The notes beneath the pieces were generated by a model that worked only from the letters and a program-made list of their open reading frames with translations, had not been told where the DNA came from and made no database searches. Source: an uncultured Desulfospira sp. (GTDB lineage: Bacteria; Desulfobacterota; Desulfobacteria; Desulfobacterales; Desulfobacteraceae). From it: a DNA stretch of 64,000 nt. Shown here in pieces: positions 61,250 to 64,000 of the stretch. The position numbers and the translations under genes were made by a program. The stretch's first letter is position 1. The number at the start of each line of letters is the position of its first letter. The stretch lies in the NCBI GenBank assembly GCA_963663165.1, contig OY760175.1, forward strand, positions 2,944,001 through 3,008,000, read 5' to 3'.

Positions 61250-61630
61250 TTAGTATAGCTCGACCCCGCTTTTGGTATTGGTCATGGTACCGTCGTCGCT
61301 GGTTACCGTAATATCGACACTTCCGGCGTTTCTGACGTAAGTGGCCATGTAATCGCCAAGGTCATTGTCCACAGAAGACATGGCTGCGGTCAATGCCGCA
61401 TTGGTATCACCGTTCTGGACCATCAGCTGCCGGGAATATTCCATGGTGATGTTGCTGATAGCGGCGGCCATGGCACCCTGGGCTGCCTTTTCTTTGGCCT
61501 GTTCAACCATATCCAGGTATTTGGGAACGGCAACGGCCGCTAGAATACCCAGAATGATCAAAACGGCGATGATTTCAATCAAGGTAAAGCCCTGTTCGTT
61601 TTTAAGCACTTTTCTCATGGATTTTTTCAT
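61250..61630 (-). CDS. Probable major type IV pilin (126-aa prepilin)
   Basis: KNEQG|FTLIEIIAVLIILGILAAVAVPKY; GGAG RBS; has its own sigma54 promoter. Confidence 0.92.
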   Translation of the reverse strand: MKKSMRKVLKNEQGFTLIEIIAVLIILGILAAVAVPKYLDMVEQAKEKAAQGAMAAAISNITMEYSRQLMVQNGDTNAALTAAMSSVDNDLGDYMATYVRNAGSVDITVTSDDGTMTNTKSGVELY

Positions 61631-61718
61631 TTTTCTCTCCTTTAGTTTGGGTATAAACATTAAACCACATTTATTTAGCCTCGGCCATGGGTCAGATTGC
61701 CTTTCATTGAACAATCGT

Positions 61719-61734
61719 AGCACAAGCCGTGCCA
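61719..61734 (-). promoter_or_regulatory. Sigma-54 (-24/-12) promoter of the pilin gene
   Basis: Minus strand TGGCACGGCTTGTGCT = GG-N10-GC. Confidence 0.8.
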
Positions 61735-61878
61735 AAATCAAAGAAAACGAAAACTTTGCAGCGGCATCGTCTTCTCTTTATTAACAAGCTCTTATTTTGG
61801 CAGGCCATTTGGATTGAAACCCGCCAGGATAAATGATAATTCCTCCATTATTTGAAGCCGCTTCATAAAGTGGAGATT

Positions 61879-63237
61879 TCATTTGAACTCCCCGGCATTG
61901 ATCCCATATTTTTTAATCCGGTTCCATAGGCTCCTGGGTTTGATCCCGAGCATATCGGCTGCCCTGGCCTGAACCCCGTTGTTCTGTTTAAGGGCCTGGA
62001 CAATGAACGCCACCTCAATCCGGCCCAGTTCGTCATTTAAGCTGAAACCTTCTTCATCAGGCAATACAACCGGATCCTCCTGGGCTTTGGCCGGTGTTGC
62101 CAAACCGGCGGCCTGCTGAAAATCAAAATGCTCTTTTTGCAGCACCTCCGTGTCACAGCAGATGACGGCCTGTTCAATTTTATTTTCAAGTTCCCGGATA
62201 TTCCCCTTCCAGTCATGGGATTTTAAAAACCCCATGGTGTCATCGGAAATTTTTTTGCCTTTTTTCTGGGCAAAGTGTCCGGCCAATAGTTCGATATCGT
62301 TTTCCCGCCGGGCCAGGGGCGGCAGAATGATATTGAACACGTTGAGCCGGTAAAACAAATCTTCCCTGAACCGCCCCTGGGCCACCAGGGCTTCAAGGTT
62401 TTTATTGGTGGCGGCGATAACCCTGACGTCGACCTTAAAGGGTTTCTGTCCGCCGACACGAAAAAATTCGCCGTTCTGCAACACACGGAGGAGCTTCACC
62501 TGAACCTCCTGGGGCATTTCGCCGACTTCATCCAGAAAGATGCTCCCCTTGTCCGAGCGTTCAAAACAGCCTTTGTGAAGGGCCACCGCTCCGGTAAAGG
62601 CGCCTTTTTCATGGCCGAACAATTCGCTTTCAAGGAGGCCCGGGGATATGGCGCCGCAGTTTACCTTGATCAGGGGCCCGTCCTTTCGGGGGCTTTTTTC
62701 ATGAACCGCATCGGCGATCAGTTCTTTTCCGGTTCCGCTCTGGCCCAAGATCAACACCCCGGCAGGGGACGGTGCAACCTTGAGGACCTGCTCCAGGACA
62801 TAGGCCATTTCCCGGCTTTTAAATAAAATATGGGGAAACTGGTCCTGGAGCTTTTTAATATCGCTTCCAACGGCGATTTTTCCGAACACTTTCCTGTATT
62901 CGTCAAGCTCATCCAAAAAAAACCAGTTGCGATGCCGGTTTTTGTTCATCCGGGTTTCCCTGCCCGTTTCCGTTCCGGTATTTTCCGACAGGGAAATGTT
63001 CTTGTTTAACCGCTCCAGCAGCTCTTCCGTTGGTTTTAAGACAAACCTCAAGACCGCGTACCCCGTGGCAAAGGACCCGCTGAAAATTAAAAACCCGGCC
63101 AGGCTGTGGATCTGGCCGGTATAGGGTGAATTCCCCAATACCGCTGAAATCTGAAAAGAAACAATATACGCAAACACAGAGCCCATCCCCCAGACAAAGG
63201 GAACGAGAAAGTATATGCTGATATTGATTCCGCTCAT
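61879..63237 (-). CDS. Sigma-54-dependent activator with N-terminal TM segments
   Basis: GQSGTGKE, GAFTGA, FLDEVGE, FREDLFYRLNV, Fis-type HTH; no receiver domain visible. Confidence 0.93.
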   Translation of the reverse strand: MSGINISIYFLVPFVWGMGSVFAYIVSFQISAVLGNSPYTGQIHSLAGFLIFSGSFATGYAVLRFVLKPTEELLERLNKNISLSENTGTETGRETRMNKNRHRNWFFLDELDEYRKVFGKIAVGSDIKKLQDQFPHILFKSREMAYVLEQVLKVAPSPAGVLILGQSGTGKELIADAVHEKSPRKDGPLIKVNCGAISPGLLESELFGHEKGAFTGAVALHKGCFERSDKGSIFLDEVGEMPQEVQVKLLRVLQNGEFFRVGGQKPFKVDVRVIAATNKNLEALVAQGRFREDLFYRLNVFNIILPPLARRENDIELLAGHFAQKKGKKISDDTMGFLKSHDWKGNIRELENKIEQAVICCDTEVLQKEHFDFQQAAGLATPAKAQEDPVVLPDEEGFSLNDELGRIEVAFIVQALKQNNGVQARAADMLGIKPRSLWNRIKKYGINAGEFK

Positions 63238-63269
63238 ATCGTTGCAAACCGGATGAAAGATTAAAATGG

Positions 63270-64000
63270 CTATTGCACCATCTGGGTCAAATCCCACATG
63301 GGCAGGAAAATCGCCATGGCAAAAAAACCGACCACACTGGCCAGGCCGACCACCAGGATCGGCCCGATGGCTTCGGACATGGCTTTGGTGCTGTATTCCA
63401 CCTCTGTATCATAATGGGATGATATCTCTGCCAGCATATCATCCAGGTTACCGGATTCCTCTCCAATGGCCACCATATTGATCACCATGGGGGGAAAATA
63501 TTTGGACGACCGCAAGGGCTGGGAAATCCCCCGGCCTTCAGTGAGCATTTCCTTTATCCGGTTAAATTCCAGGGTAATGGCGTCATTGCTGATGGTCTTG
63601 GACAAGACGTCCATGGAATCCAGAACCGTTACCCCGCTCATCTGAAGAATGGAAAAGATAGAAGCAAACCGGGACATGGCCGCTTTGAGCATTACCGGCC
63701 CGACCAGGGGCATTCTCAAAAGGGTCCGGTCTTTGACGACCCGTCCGTTGTGGGTTTTAAAAAAATAATAGTGGCTTAAAAACAGCACCGCCGCCACACT
63801 GATGATCCCCACATGCCAGTAGTTGTGGATCACATGATACAACATCAGGCACATCTTGGTGGGAAGGGGAAGGGCAATCCCCACCTTCTCAAAAATAGAG
63901 ATAAACTTGGGGATAACAAAATTTAAAAGCACCATAAAGGCCACGCCCAGAAAGCCCAGCACCATCATGGGATACCGCATGGCCGATTTGATATCCGCCT
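63270..64000 (-). CDS. PilC/GspF/MshG-family platform protein (5' part outside window)
   Basis: KSAMRYP, LPLPT, MVAIGEESGNLD, AIFLPMW. Confidence 0.93.
   Translation of the reverse strand, partial: ADIKSAMRYPMMVLGFLGVAFMVLLNFVIPKFISIFEKVGIALPLPTKMCLMLYHVIHNYWHVGIISVAAVLFLSHYYFFKTHNGRVVKDRTLLRMPLVGPVMLKAAMSRFASIFSILQMSGVTVLDSMDVLSKTISNDAITLEFNRIKEMLTEGRGISQPLRSSKYFPPMVINMVAIGEESGNLDDMLAEISSHYDTEVEYSTKAMSEAIGPILVVGLASVVGFFAMAIFLPMWDLTQMVQ

Noticed and set aside
61250..61630. Electrically conductive (e-pilin) candidate
   Set aside because: Only 6 aromatic residues in the 112-aa mature pilin (about 5%) with long gaps; not the short aromatic-rich type.

Overview
Chromosomal window from a sulfate-reducing deltaproteobacterium. 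Gene content and style suggest Desulfobacteraceae; this is inference. In order: a collapsed group II intron 3' end, vapBC, prs, and a Phd-PIN TA pair. Next is a metal-uptake island: two near-identical TonB-dependent receptors, DUF4198, an Opp/Nik-type ABC operon whose binding protein has an in-frame TAA, and an ECF sigma/FecR pair. Then come a RAYT-like remnant, a 10-gene RDD/SpoIIM/DUF58/MoxR/Zn-finger operon behind gdhA, mazEF, a SEC-C cassette, housekeeping genes (MaoC, PHP phosphatase, dtd, TrmJ, YciI), a Liv-type ABC system, cheR and two EamA transporters. An AbiE TA pair is flanked by a duplicated gene end. The window ends in a type IV pilin locus interleaved with GtrA, two radical SAM enzymes, a methyltransferase, two GT2s and a GT-C-like membrane protein. 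Intergenic DNA is dense with interlocking repeat families. The strongest candidates for undescribed biology are (1) a radical-SAM-tailored pilin glycosylation pathway, (2) a folded, covarying att-like repeat family at accessory-module borders, and (3) a duplicated cell-surface signalling locus in which one copy lost all its signalling parts. All family assignments are by eye; no searches were run.
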